A stretch of DNA of 64,000 nt, taken from Synergistaceae bacterium. Lineage in GTDB: Bacteria > Synergistota > Synergistia > Synergistales > Synergistaceae. The stretch's first letter is position 1; each line of letters opens with the position of its first letter. A program made the translations under genes and the position numbers. The notes beneath the pieces were generated by a model. That model did not search any database and was not told the DNA's origin. It saw only the letters and a program-made list of their open reading frames with translations. The stretch is from assembly GCA_036652335.1 (NCBI GenBank), contig JAVVWB010000004.1, forward strand, positions 1-64,000, read 5' to 3'. This document shows, one piece after another, positions 27,848 to 37,830 of the stretch.

Positions 27848-29167
27848 ATGTCTATAGTTGCATTGGTTGGAAGACCTAATGTTGGAAAGTCTTCTATATT
27901 TAACAGAATTTTGGGAAAGAGGGCTGCTATTGTTGATGACCAGCCGGGGGTAACAAGAGACCGCTTGTATGGTGAGACAGAGTGGGCCAATAAGAAGATG
28001 TATCTTGTTGATACTGGCGGTATTATGTCTGCGACAGAACATCCCTTTATGGATCTTATTGCGAAACAGGTTGATTTGGCTCTTGAAGAGAGTAATGCTG
28101 TCATCTTTGTCGTTGATGGTAGAGATGGAATTACTCACATGGATATAGAGATAGCACAAAAACTACGTAGAAGTGGTAAGCCTGTAGTTGTTGCTATGAA
28201 TAAGCTTGATAATTTAAAACAGGAAGAAGAGAGACTTTACGAAGCTTATTCTCTTGGTTTTGAACATGTTATTGCCACAAGTGCTGAGCACAACAATGGC
28301 TTTGATGAAATTATGGATGTCGTTGCTTCTTATTTAAACGATGAACACGAATTTGAAGATCTCAGTGATGAAATAAGGGTTACACTTGTTGGTCGTCCAA
28401 ATGTAGGCAAGTCAAGCTTGCTAAATGCTATTGCTGGTGAGGAACGTTCAATGGTCAGCAATATTGCAGGCACAACTCGTGATGTAGTTGACTCTTTGGT
28501 TGAAGTCGACGGAGTAAAATTTAGATTTCTTGATACAGCTGGACTGAGAAGAAAAAGTAAGGTAAATACTGATCTTGAATATTATTCAAATGTACGTACA
28601 TATCAAGCAATAGATAGATGCCATGTTGCGCTTGTACTTTTGGATGCACAGGATCCAGTTACAGAACAGGACAAAAGACTTATTGGTCAAGTATTAGAAC
28701 GTGGAAAAGGGCTTGTTCTTGTAATGAATAAGTGGGATTTGGCTCCAAAAGAGAATTTAATTGGAGACACAATGACTAAACTTCTCATAGACGAGTTGCC
28801 TTTTGCAAAGCATGCCCCTAGAGTCTTCATCTCGGCAGTATCTGGACGTAGTCTTCATAAATTGCCTGAGCTTGTTAAGAAAGTAGAAGAAAACAGAAGG
28901 CGTCGTATTGCAACATCAGAGCTTAATAAATTTGTAAGAGAAGTCCTAATATTTGAACGTATGCCAGGGGACGGCAAGGGACATAACTTAAAAGTTTACT
29001 ACTGTACACAGGCTGATGGTGCACCACCAGCATTTGTATTTTTTGTAAATAATGCTGAATTATGCTCTAAGTCATTTAAACGTCATTTGGAGAATTGTAT
29101 AAGGGAAATGGCCGATTATTCTGGTGTTCCAATCAAAATTTTCATGAGAAATAAGGAAAATGACTAA
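27848..29167 (+). CDS. der: ribosome-biogenesis GTPase Der (EngA), tandem G-domains
   Basis: Two GRPNVGKSS P-loops and a KH-like C-terminus. Confidence 0.9.
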   Translation: MSIVALVGRPNVGKSSIFNRILGKRAAIVDDQPGVTRDRLYGETEWANKKMYLVDTGGIMSATEHPFMDLIAKQVDLALEESNAVIFVVDGRDGITHMDIEIAQKLRRSGKPVVVAMNKLDNLKQEEERLYEAYSLGFEHVIATSAEHNNGFDEIMDVVASYLNDEHEFEDLSDEIRVTLVGRPNVGKSSLLNAIAGEERSMVSNIAGTTRDVVDSLVEVDGVKFRFLDTAGLRRKSKVNTDLEYYSNVRTYQAIDRCHVALVLLDAQDPVTEQDKRLIGQVLERGKGLVLVMNKWDLAPKENLIGDTMTKLLIDELPFAKHAPRVFISAVSGRSLHKLPELVKKVEENRRRRIATSELNKFVREVLIFERMPGDGKGHNLKVYYCTQADGAPPAFVFFVNNAELCSKSFKRHLENCIREMADYSGVPIKIFMRNKEND

Positions 29168-29271
29168 AAAACACTGTTTAGCTCTTGACTAAACAGTGAA
29201 AAAGCTGTAAAAACAATTCAGCTAGTTTATCTATATAAGAGAACAGCAAAATTACTGGGAGGTGTCCTATA

Positions 29272-29553
29272 GTGACAAAAACAGATCTTGTGAACGCAGT
29301 AGCTAAAGCAGTCGAAGGCCTTACAAAGAAAAAGGCAGCAGATGTCGTTGATGCAGTGTTCGGTGAAATTCATGATGCACTTAAGAAGGATGAGAAAGTT
29401 CAGATTGTAGGATTTGGTACATTCGAAGTCCAGAAGAGAGCTGCACGTCAGGGTCGTAATCCTCAGGATCCTAAAAAGGTAATCCAGATTCCTGCAAAGA
29501 AAGTACCTGTATTCCGTGCAGGTAAAGCACTCAAGGAAACAGTAAATAACTAA
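29272..29553 (+). CDS. hup: DNA-binding protein HU
   Basis: MTKTDLVNAVA...GFGTFEVQKRAARQGRNPQ... Confidence 0.9.
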   Translation: MTKTDLVNAVAKAVEGLTKKKAADVVDAVFGEIHDALKKDEKVQIVGFGTFEVQKRAARQGRNPQDPKKVIQIPAKKVPVFRAGKALKETVNN

Positions 29554-29584
29554 TAACGTCATTTAACTTTTAATTTTCGCTGAA

Positions 29585-29618
29585 AACCCGACATACGTCG
29601 GGTTTTTTGGTTTTTTTT
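29585..29618 (+). terminator. rho-independent terminator after hup
   Basis: aacccgac...gtcgggtt hairpin followed by a T-run. Confidence 0.7.
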
Positions 29619-29661
29619 ACTTGACCAAAATTAAAAAGGGTTGTATTATACTCACTGCTTA

Positions 29662-29738
29662 CGGGATGTAGCGCAGCCTGGCTAGCGTACCTGCATGGGG
29701 TGCAGGTGGTCGGAGGTTCGAATCCTCTCATCCCGACC
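29662..29738 (+). tRNA. tRNA-Pro (anticodon GGG)
   Basis: CGGGAUG acceptor stem, anticodon loop AUGGGGU, GGUUCGAAUCC T-arm; followed by a terminator at about 29747-29782. Confidence 0.85.
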
Positions 29739-29856
29739 AGAATATTACAGAGAGCTTTTGGATTTCCAAAAGCTCTTTTTTGTTGTTCATAAATAATCAT
29801 TCTAAATTTTATGATAGAATAGTATTGTCAAAATTTAACTATAAGGAAAATTAAAA

Positions 29857-30687
29857 ATGTCAAAAATACCACACTTTATACACAACACAGATATAGGGCA
29901 GAACTTTTTAATAGACCATTCTGTGGTAGACTTTATGATTGAAAATGCAAAACTAACTCCAGAGGATAAAGTATTAGAAATAGGCCCTGGGGAAGGGATG
30001 TTAACAGAGGGGCTATTAGCGTCGCCCTGCTCATCTCTCTGTACTATTGAACTTGATGAAAGGCTCAAACACGTAATAGAGATGTTGGCCATTCAAAATT
30101 CTAAGATGTCAACACGTTGGGGGGATGCTGTTCAGTTCGATTATGAAAATGAACTGCCATTTTCCCCGAACAGAATAATTGCTAATTTGCCTTATCATAT
30201 TACAACGCCGCTTTTATGGGCTTTTCTTGAAAAGTTAGCACCAAAAGATTTGAATTATATGTTGCTAATGGTCCAGCTAGAATCAGGCGAACGAATTTCT
30301 TCAAAAGAAGGACATAGGGAGCGTTCCCCATTAGGAATAACTATAGAGGCTATGGGGGCATCAAAAATTTTAAGAAAAGTTCCTCCTACTTCTTTTAGAC
30401 CACAACCCCGAGTAAACTCTTGCCTTATAGAGATAAAGTTGGAGAAGAATAGAGAACTGGCTAATGATAGAACTTGGAGAGGATTACTCTCTAGATCTTT
30501 TGCACAAAGAAGGAAAACCTTGGTTAATAATTGGATATCCGGATATAACGATGTTACAAAAGACATTGCACTTTCAATTCTCGAAAGAAATGGCTTGAAA
30601 CCATCGTCCAGAGCGGAAGAATTAACTCTTGATTCTTGGTTTGCATTGTTAAAGCAACCTGAATTTTATTTAAAACCAAAAGTCTAA
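29857..30687 (+). CDS. rsmA: 16S rRNA (adenine1518/1519-N6)-dimethyltransferase RsmA/KsgA
   Basis: GQNFLID, LEIGPGEG and NLPYHITT motifs. Confidence 0.9.
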   Translation: MSKIPHFIHNTDIGQNFLIDHSVVDFMIENAKLTPEDKVLEIGPGEGMLTEGLLASPCSSLCTIELDERLKHVIEMLAIQNSKMSTRWGDAVQFDYENELPFSPNRIIANLPYHITTPLLWAFLEKLAPKDLNYMLLMVQLESGERISSKEGHRERSPLGITIEAMGASKILRKVPPTSFRPQPRVNSCLIEIKLEKNRELANDRTWRGLLSRSFAQRRKTLVNNWISGYNDVTKDIALSILERNGLKPSSRAEELTLDSWFALLKQPEFYLKPKV

Positions 30688-30717
30688 TTTAAGCATATGA
30701 GAAAGTGGAGATAATCA

Positions 30718-31653
30718 ATGTGGTGGAACTTAAATAAAGTAATTATTACCGAAAATGAAAAATTACCCATAGATTGGGATTCAATTTTTCCTTCGAAACG
30801 TATTTTTGTAGAAATTGGGTTTGGTAACGGAGAATTCACTGAATTTCTTGCTAAGACCTATCCAGATGTTCTTATAGTTGGAATAGAGGTGTCTCAGTGG
30901 TGTGCCACAAAGGGTGCAAGAAGAGCACTTTCAGAGAACTTAGACAATTTAAAAATTATGCATGGCGATGCAAGATTTATCTTAAAGCATTGTTTTGCTC
31001 CGGAATCGGTAGAAAAAGTTTTTATGAATTTCCCTTGTCCTTGGCCAAAATCAAGACATTCTGCAAGGCGTGTAACAGTCCCTGCTTTTACAGAACTTTT
31101 AGAGTACGTCTTGAAACCAGAGGGGACTTTTGAACTAGCTACTGATGTTGATTGGTATGCAGAAGAAGCTTCTGAGAGTATATCTTCATCAGCACTTTTT
31201 GAAGCTGACCCTATTGTTAGAAATCCCGTTAGACCTTATGTGACAAAGTATGAGAGGAAATGGAAAGCAATGGGCAAGGATACATGGAACCTAATTATGA
31301 GAAAAAAGAAAAACCTAACACCGATTAAAGAAACAGAGGATGATTGGCAAATGGAAGTATGTACAGATAGCAAAAAAACCTTGGAAGAAGTTCTTGAATA
31401 TCTTAAGGACAAAGAGGGCGTGGGTGTCGGTAAACAGGGGCACTGGGTCTTTAGAGATTCTTTTATTTCTTCAGAGGGAGTAGGTCTTATATTAGTTGTT
31501 ACAGCCGATGAAGGTTTTGAGCAGCATTTCTATTTTAAGGTAATTCAGAACACAAGAGGGATTATGATAAAAGTTGATGCTGTTGGTCATCCTTATCGTA
31601 CTCCTGCTATGAGAGCAGCTCTTCTGTATGCTTTGGATGTAGCTAAAGATTAG
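30718..31653 (+). CDS. trmB: tRNA (guanine46-N7)-methyltransferase TrmB with ~110-aa C-terminal extension of unknown function
   Basis: EIGFGNGEF SAM motif and NFPCPWPKSRH (the FPDPWxKxRH motif). The core ends near residue 200; an extra domain follows. Confidence 0.8.
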   Translation: MWWNLNKVIITENEKLPIDWDSIFPSKRIFVEIGFGNGEFTEFLAKTYPDVLIVGIEVSQWCATKGARRALSENLDNLKIMHGDARFILKHCFAPESVEKVFMNFPCPWPKSRHSARRVTVPAFTELLEYVLKPEGTFELATDVDWYAEEASESISSSALFEADPIVRNPVRPYVTKYERKWKAMGKDTWNLIMRKKKNLTPIKETEDDWQMEVCTDSKKTLEEVLEYLKDKEGVGVGKQGHWVFRDSFISSEGVGLILVVTADEGFEQHFYFKVIQNTRGIMIKVDAVGHPYRTPAMRAALLYALDVAKD

Positions 31654-31713
31654 TCATTAATTATTTTTGTTTTACATTTTTGTTGTTACTAAATTTTGGA
31701 GGTATTCCCCTTA

Positions 31714-32205
31714 ATGAAAGATATGCGTCCCACTACAGGAAAAGTGTTATTGGCGCTTTTCAATATATTAGGTCCATTGCAGGATAAAAGTTTTCTTGAC
31801 CTATTTTCTGGTAGCGGACAGATATCTTTTACGGCATCTAACAAAGGTGCTTCTCCTATATATTCTGTTGAATCAGAACGCAAAAGATATGTTGAAATCT
31901 CTAAAAAAGCTCCCAAAAACGTAACATGTTTTTGTCTTGATGTAAGAAGAGCATTGTCTAAATTTTTGAAAAACGGAGAGATGTTTGATGTTATTTTTGC
32001 GGATCCTCCATATGGTCTTGGTTGGGGGAAGGAGTTCCCATCTTTAATTGAAAAGAATGCAGAGTTGCTTTCCCCTAATGGCGTAATTGTTTTTGAACAT
32101 TCAGATTCTGAAGAAATCATGGATATATCAGAAGATTTATGGGAAAGAGAAGATAGATGTTATGGTAAGACAATCTTAAGTTTTTACAGGAGGAAGTCTA
32201 TCTAA
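31714..32205 (+). CDS. rsmD: 16S rRNA (guanine966-N2)-methyltransferase RsmD
   Basis: FSGSG SAM motif and DPPY catalytic motif; start uncertain (31696, 31714 or 31723). Confidence 0.8.
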   Translation: MKDMRPTTGKVLLALFNILGPLQDKSFLDLFSGSGQISFTASNKGASPIYSVESERKRYVEISKKAPKNVTCFCLDVRRALSKFLKNGEMFDVIFADPPYGLGWGKEFPSLIEKNAELLSPNGVIVFEHSDSEEIMDISEDLWEREDRCYGKTILSFYRRKSI

Positions 32206-32684
32206 TGATTAAGGCTATTTATCCAGGGTCTTTTGACCCTATAACGAATGGTCATATATATATTACAGAAAGAGCTGCTTCTTTATTTGATGAGCTTGTA
32301 GTTGGTGTTTTAGTTAATTCAGAAAAGACGCCGACTTTTACTGAACAGGAACGTCAAATTATGGCTCAAGAGGCTTTAATTCATCTCCCAAATGTAAAAG
32401 TTAAAATATTTAATGGATTGCTTGTTGATTTTATGAGGCAAGAACAGAGTCGAATAATAATACGTGGTTTGCGTGCACTTTCAGATTTTGAATACGAATT
32501 TCAGCTTGCGCAGATGAATAGACAGTTAGCTCCTGAAATTGAAACATTCTTCATTGTAACGGATGCTAAATATTCATATCTATCAAGTAGGGGTATAAAA
32601 GATGTATTTAACTATGGCGGCGCAGCTGTGCGTGATATGGTTCCCCCTGGTGTCTTTAGAAAAATGAGAGAAAAAATGGTTTAA
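32205..32684 (+). CDS. coaD: phosphopantetheine adenylyltransferase
   Basis: YPGSFDPITNGH. Confidence 0.9.
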   Translation: MIKAIYPGSFDPITNGHIYITERAASLFDELVVGVLVNSEKTPTFTEQERQIMAQEALIHLPNVKVKIFNGLLVDFMRQEQSRIIIRGLRALSDFEYEFQLAQMNRQLAPEIETFFIVTDAKYSYLSSRGIKDVFNYGGAAVRDMVPPGVFRKMREKMV

Positions 32685-32735
32685 TTTATATAGCTAAAAA
32701 CAAAAGGCGGAGTGCATACCGTCTTTTGTTTTTAG

Positions 32736-33962
32736 CTATTCATGTATAATGATTTTTTGAGTATGTTCTCTTCCGATATTACCGTTATCAGTTAGTTGTT
32801 CCCATATTTCACATGAATTAAGCTCATATTGCATAAGAGCCCTTGCATATTCTGAAATATGTGAGGCTTCTCCGTATCTTGAGATAATGGGTAATGTTGC
32901 ATTCTTTTTCATTTCTCTTAATAGCCTTTTCCCATTTTTATCCATTCCTAGCACACGTATGTATGGGACCCCAATTCGTTGAAAAGCACGGTTCCACCAG
33001 TGCGGTAAGTTTAATAATATGTGTATGGCACTGCGTTTGATTCTGCTTGATGGATAGCGTTTGCTAGTACATGCATCAATCCATTCCGAAAATGACGATG
33101 AAGAGAGTGCTTCTTTTTTTAATTTATATTCTAATCCTTCTGATATTTCAGCAATTTCAGCTATTTTATTGGTATCAGTTCTAATTAATATGTACCTAAG
33201 TAATTCCCATAATTTTTTGTGATTTGACACAGTGTGTCCAGAATTAATTGCATTTCTTGTTACAAATGCAGATTCTTCTGGTAGATATGAAAGAGCGCAC
33301 TCTGTATTGTTTTCATTTATAGCTTTTCTAATTGCAGTCGCACTTGGTATATTGGATAATTCGCTATCGTTGTACATAGATCCTATCCTTTTAACGTTAA
33401 ATGGGACTATGTCGTATTTTTTATTGTAAATTCTTTGTAAATATGATAAGCCCAAAAGATTATTAGATTTTTTTATAATATCATATGTTCCTGGAATGAG
33501 TTTATCTAGTGCTAAAGACCTTGATTCAACAAAAGAATATCCTTTTTCTAAAAAATACTTTAAATAGGACTTGAAAGGTTTGGGTTCTTCGTTTAAAATA
33601 TACAGGATATGCTGTGTGTCCCATTCTGGGTCTTCTAAACCAAAAGACAAATGTGTTACAATGCCAGTTGAGTTTAGAATATCTACTGCACCACTTGAAA
33701 AGGTACCAGCGTTATGAGAAGAGAAAACACAAGGCAATTCAAGAACCAAGCTTGCACCGCAGTCTAAGGCGACCTTGGTCCTTTCCCATTTGTTTAATAG
33801 GGAAGCTTCTCCTCTTTGGACAAAGTTTGATGAAAGTACAACAATAATATTTTCAGTTTCTAATTTTTTCTTGGTTTCACTTAAGTGATATTTGTGGCCA
33901 ATGTGAAAAGGGTTATACTCGGCAATAATTCCGACAACAGGAGTTTGCATAAAATTGTTCAC
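32736..33962 (-). CDS. tmcAL: tRNA(Met) cytidine acetate ligase TmcAL (YlbM-like nucleotidyltransferase)
   Basis: GIIAEYNPFHIGH HIGH-type nucleotidyltransferase motif; adjacent to coaD as in B. subtilis (ylbI-ylbM). Confidence 0.8.
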   Translation of the reverse strand: MNNFMQTPVVGIIAEYNPFHIGHKYHLSETKKKLETENIIVVLSSNFVQRGEASLLNKWERTKVALDCGASLVLELPCVFSSHNAGTFSSGAVDILNSTGIVTHLSFGLEDPEWDTQHILYILNEEPKPFKSYLKYFLEKGYSFVESRSLALDKLIPGTYDIIKKSNNLLGLSYLQRIYNKKYDIVPFNVKRIGSMYNDSELSNIPSATAIRKAINENNTECALSYLPEESAFVTRNAINSGHTVSNHKKLWELLRYILIRTDTNKIAEIAEISEGLEYKLKKEALSSSSFSEWIDACTSKRYPSSRIKRSAIHILLNLPHWWNRAFQRIGVPYIRVLGMDKNGKRLLREMKKNATLPIISRYGEASHISEYARALMQYELNSCEIWEQLTDNGNIGREHTQKIIIHE

Positions 33963-34028
33963 CGTCCTTTGTATTTAAGGATACCACAAAGACGGCGTTA
34001 TTATAATAAGGGAGGCAATTTTGTAACA

Positions 34029-35228
34029 ATGAAAAACTTAGTAGTTAATTGCGGTAGTTCTTCTTTGAAATATCAGCTGGTCGATATGGACGGAGAAAAG
34101 GTTCTTGCAAAGGGACTTGTTGAGAGAATCGGAATCCACGGTTCAAAGATTAAACATTCAAAAACAGGTATGGACTCTGTTTCACGTGAAGTAGATTTTC
34201 CAACACATACAGATGCAATCAGATATGTATTTGAAATGCTTGTAGATGAAACATATGGTGCAGTAAAAAGCCTTGATGAGATATCAGCAGTAGGTCACAG
34301 AATAGTTCATGGCGGATGGAAATTTACTGAACCAGTATTAGTTACTGAAGAAGTAATTAAAGGGATTGAAGAAATAATTCCTTTTGCTCCTCTTCATAAC
34401 CCTGCTCACATTCAAGGTATTAGAGCAGTACAGGCTGTTCTCCCTTCACTTCCTAACGTAGTTGTGTTTGATACAGCTTTCCATCAGACAATGCCAGAAG
34501 AGGCATATGTATATGGTTTGGAATATAAATACCTCGAAGATTATCATATTCGTAAGTATGGTTTTCATGGAACAAGTCATAATTATGTATCACACAGAGC
34601 AGCTGAGATGCTTGGAAAAGACATCAAAGATCTCAAAATTGTAACATGCCACCTTGGTAATGGTAGCTCAATAACAGCTGTAGAAAATGGTAAATGTGTA
34701 GATACAAGCATGGGCTTTGCACCTCTCGAAGGTGTGTTGATGGGAACAAGAAGTGGAGATATTGACGGAGCAGCAGTTGTCTACCTCTCAAGAATTCTTG
34801 GTGATCCAGATGCAGTAAGCGATGCACTTCAGAAGAAGGGTGGACTACTTGGACTCTCAGGGATTTCAAGTGATCTTCGCGATGTTGAAGAAGCAGCAGC
34901 AGCCGGTAATCCAAGAGCACAGCTTGCACAAAACAAGTTACTATATGGAGTAAAGAAATACATTGGTTCCTATGCAGCTGCTATGAATGGTATGGATGTC
35001 CTTGTTTTCACAGCAGGTATTGGTGAAAATGGTATTGCTTTCCGTGAAGAAATTTGTAACGGTCTTAGCTACTTCGGTATTAAAATTGATTCAGAAAAGA
35101 ATAACTGCCGTGGAAAAGAAGTCATTATTAGTACACCTGATTCACGCGTAACAGTAATGGTTGTTCCTACGGAAGAAGAAATGATGATTGCACGCGATAC
35201 AAAGCGTTGCGTAGAAAATTTAAAGTAA
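34029..35228 (+). CDS. ackA: acetate kinase
   Basis: MKNLVVNCGSSSLKYQL; AAGGGAGG Shine-Dalgarno. Confidence 0.9.
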   Translation: MKNLVVNCGSSSLKYQLVDMDGEKVLAKGLVERIGIHGSKIKHSKTGMDSVSREVDFPTHTDAIRYVFEMLVDETYGAVKSLDEISAVGHRIVHGGWKFTEPVLVTEEVIKGIEEIIPFAPLHNPAHIQGIRAVQAVLPSLPNVVVFDTAFHQTMPEEAYVYGLEYKYLEDYHIRKYGFHGTSHNYVSHRAAEMLGKDIKDLKIVTCHLGNGSSITAVENGKCVDTSMGFAPLEGVLMGTRSGDIDGAAVVYLSRILGDPDAVSDALQKKGGLLGLSGISSDLRDVEEAAAAGNPRAQLAQNKLLYGVKKYIGSYAAAMNGMDVLVFTAGIGENGIAFREEICNGLSYFGIKIDSEKNNCRGKEVIISTPDSRVTVMVVPTEEEMMIARDTKRCVENLK

Positions 35229-35233
35229 AATTA

Positions 35234-35794
35234 ATGTCAGAGTTTTTTGAAAAAGTGCCTGAAGAATGGGATAAGAGCTTTTCTTGCTCTATTGTTCCAA
35301 AAGACGGTGCAGAGTATTTAACTTCTTTTCTTCTTACTGTATCTAAGCCCATCAGCTACTGGTCTCAGATATACAAGATTGAAAAAGATATTTACGTAGA
35401 GATAAAAGCTGTAAAAACAGATAACAACGTACTTCTTACTATTTCTTTACAGACCTCAGCGACTCTTCCATGTTTTAGATGTTTAGAACCTGCTACCGTC
35501 GATGTGACAGGAACCCTAAATTACGTCTTAACTTCGGATAAGATTGATGAAGATGAAGAAGATTTGGATTTTGAAGTTTTGACAATAAAATCATGGGATG
35601 AGAAAATTGACTTGTCCTCATTGATTTGGGAAGTTCTTGTAACATCTCTTCCCGTGAGAGCAATTTGTTCACACGATTGTTTAGGACTCTGTAATCACTG
35701 CGGAGCTAACTTAAACAATGGGAAATGTAAATGTGAGAAACAAAACGGAGACCCACGTTTTGATGTTTTACGAACATTTATAAAAGAAAAATAA
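35234..35794 (+). CDS. yceD: YceD-family protein (DUF177, 23S rRNA accumulation protein-like)
   Basis: Cys motifs LPCFRCL...C...C and its position upstream of rpmF. Confidence 0.75.
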   Translation: MSEFFEKVPEEWDKSFSCSIVPKDGAEYLTSFLLTVSKPISYWSQIYKIEKDIYVEIKAVKTDNNVLLTISLQTSATLPCFRCLEPATVDVTGTLNYVLTSDKIDEDEEDLDFEVLTIKSWDEKIDLSSLIWEVLVTSLPVRAICSHDCLGLCNHCGANLNNGKCKCEKQNGDPRFDVLRTFIKEK

Positions 35795-35876
35795 AAAAAT
35801 AACTGCAAAAAATTAAAATTAGTGATAGAATTGCACTGGCGATTTAACGCCGAAGATTTAAGGGGGGAAACAAAGA

Positions 35877-36071
35877 ATGGCAACTCCAAAAAGAAGAGTA
35901 TCCCACTCACGTACGCATGAACGTAAATCACAGTGGCTTGGAGCACTATCAGCACCTAGCCTCACAGCATGTTCACATTGCGGCGAGATGATCGAGACAT
36001 ACCGCGCATGTCCTGCATGTGGTTACTACAAAGGACGTCAGGTTGTTAAAGTTTCTGCTGACGCAGAATAG
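35877..36071 (+). CDS. rpmF: 50S ribosomal protein L32
   Basis: MATPKRRVSHSRTHERKSQW...CSHCGE...CPACGYY; terminator at about 36099-36130. Confidence 0.9.
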   Translation: MATPKRRVSHSRTHERKSQWLGALSAPSLTACSHCGEMIETYRACPACGYYKGRQVVKVSADAE

Positions 36072-36161
36072 TAACACCTAATATATCTCGAATAAGATTA
36101 CGAGGCCCGTTTAGGGTCTCGTTTTTTTTATCTAAATTATAATAAAAATGCACAAAAACTA

Positions 36162-36216
36162 TTGACAGAAGTTGTAATATATAATATCTTAACTGGTATT
36201 AAGACCAGCTACTAAA
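36162..36216 (+). promoter_or_regulatory. fapR promoter with putative FapR operator
   Basis: TTGACA -35 at 36162-36167. The 17-bp TTAAGACCAGCTACTAA at 36199-36215 matches the B. subtilis FapR box TTAGTACCAGATACTAA at 14 of 17 positions. Confidence 0.5.
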
Positions 36217-36237
36217 TTAGTGAAGAGGGGGATTAAA

Positions 36238-36804
36238 ATGCGCTCAGAAACAAGAAAAGAAAGACACAAGCAATTAGTGTCTCTGTTGCGTGATAATCCA
36301 CTTTTGACAGATGAAGAGTTAGCTATATCTCTCTCTGTTAGTCTCAGTACCTTACGTTTAGATAGAGGACTTTTGGGGATTCCTGAATTAAGAGAAAGGA
36401 TGCGCTCTATGGCCGAAAATGCCAATAGTCGTCTTAGATCACTTAAATCAGATGAAGTTGTAGGAGAACTATTGGAACTAGAGCCTAATGTATCTGCGTT
36501 ATCTGTTTTATCAGCAACGGAAGATATAACTTTTAGGCATACAAATATAGTGAGTGACTACTACATTTACTCACAGGCGGCATCTCTTGCGATTGCAACT
36601 ATAAACGAAGACATGGTGGTAATAGGTGCAGCAAGAATTAGATATAGAAAACCTGCATTCATTGGTGATAAGATATTAGCGCGTTCAAAGGTTGGAACGT
36701 TTAAAGGCAATAAATATGTTGTAAGTGTTCACTCAAGCGTTGATGGTAAAGAAATGTTTGTTGCACGCTTTGTTGTGGTTGCAAAAAATGAATTTATACA
36801 ATAG
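36238..36804 (+). CDS. fapR: fatty acid/phospholipid biosynthesis transcriptional regulator FapR
   Basis: N-terminal HTH region (ELAISLSVSLSTLRLD) and C-terminal hot-dog thioesterase-like fold; operon head before plsX. Confidence 0.85.
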   Translation: MRSETRKERHKQLVSLLRDNPLLTDEELAISLSVSLSTLRLDRGLLGIPELRERMRSMAENANSRLRSLKSDEVVGELLELEPNVSALSVLSATEDITFRHTNIVSDYYIYSQAASLAIATINEDMVVIGAARIRYRKPAFIGDKILARSKVGTFKGNKYVVSVHSSVDGKEMFVARFVVVAKNEFIQ

Positions 36805-36819
36805 ACGGAGGTCTTTTTT

Positions 36820-37830
36820 ATGCTTATAGCTCTTGATGCAATGGGTGGCGACTATGCACCGTTAGAGCCATGTCATGGTGCTATTCTAGCCTGTCAGAAT
36901 AATCCGAACCTCGAGGTTATTTTAGTAGGTGATACAGAAAAAATTTCAAAAATAATAGAAAAAGTCGATGAGTCAGTAAAGAGTAGACTTAAAGTTTTAC
37001 ATGCAAATGAAGTTATATCTACAAATGACTCTCCTTCTATATCTATACGCAGAAAGAAAGAATCAAGCCTTGTAAAATGTTTTGACTTGGTTAAATCAGG
37101 TGAGGCAGACGGAGTTGTTTCCTCTGGTAGCACTGGAGCTATAGCTGCTGGTGGAGTATTACTTTTGGGGCGTATCCCTGGTATAGATAGACCTGGCTTA
37201 GGTGCCATGCTGCCGCTTTTGAATAAATCTACATTGTTGATGGATGTAGGCGGAACGGTTCGTTGTAAGCCTATAAATCTTTTCCAATTTGCTCATATGG
37301 GTGCAATATATATGAAGCTGTTTCACAATATAGAAAATCCGTCAATACGGCTCCTATCAAATGGGGAAGAGGTGACAAAGGGAGACGAAGTAATCGCTGC
37401 TTCACGAGAGATGTTGGAAGCAAGTGATCTCAACTATCAGGGATTTGCAGAAGGTAAGGATATACCAAACGGTATATCTGACGTTGTTGTTTGTGATGGG
37501 TTTAGTGGTAATATATTAATTAAATTTGGAGAAGGTCTTGGGGAGCTTCTTAAAAATCAAATAAAACAAGAAAGTAGCCATATACTTTCTAAAATTGGAT
37601 TTCTATTTATGATTCCAGCACTGAAAAGGATACTTGGGCGCTTTGATTGGGAAAAAGTGGGAGGATCTCCGCTCTTAGGTGTAAATGGTACAGTCGTTAA
37701 AGTACACGGACGTTCGAAAAGAAAAGCTATTTCCTATGCACTGTTGGGAGCAGCTAATTTTATAGAGCAAAAGGGCGTAGAAAGAATACGTGAAGAAATA
37801 GCTAAGGAGAATATTAATGGGATTTGTTAG
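36820..37830 (+). CDS. plsX: phosphate acyltransferase PlsX
   Basis: MLIALDAMGGDYAP. Confidence 0.9.
   Translation: MLIALDAMGGDYAPLEPCHGAILACQNNPNLEVILVGDTEKISKIIEKVDESVKSRLKVLHANEVISTNDSPSISIRRKKESSLVKCFDLVKSGEADGVVSSGSTGAIAAGGVLLLGRIPGIDRPGLGAMLPLLNKSTLLMDVGGTVRCKPINLFQFAHMGAIYMKLFHNIENPSIRLLSNGEEVTKGDEVIAASREMLEASDLNYQGFAEGKDIPNGISDVVVCDGFSGNILIKFGEGLGELLKNQIKQESSHILSKIGFLFMIPALKRILGRFDWEKVGGSPLLGVNGTVVKVHGRSKRKAISYALLGAANFIEQKGVERIREEIAKENINGIC

Noticed and set aside
29570-29800. 76-aa minus-strand ORF
   Set aside because: Overlaps tRNA-Pro and two terminators; no coding signal.
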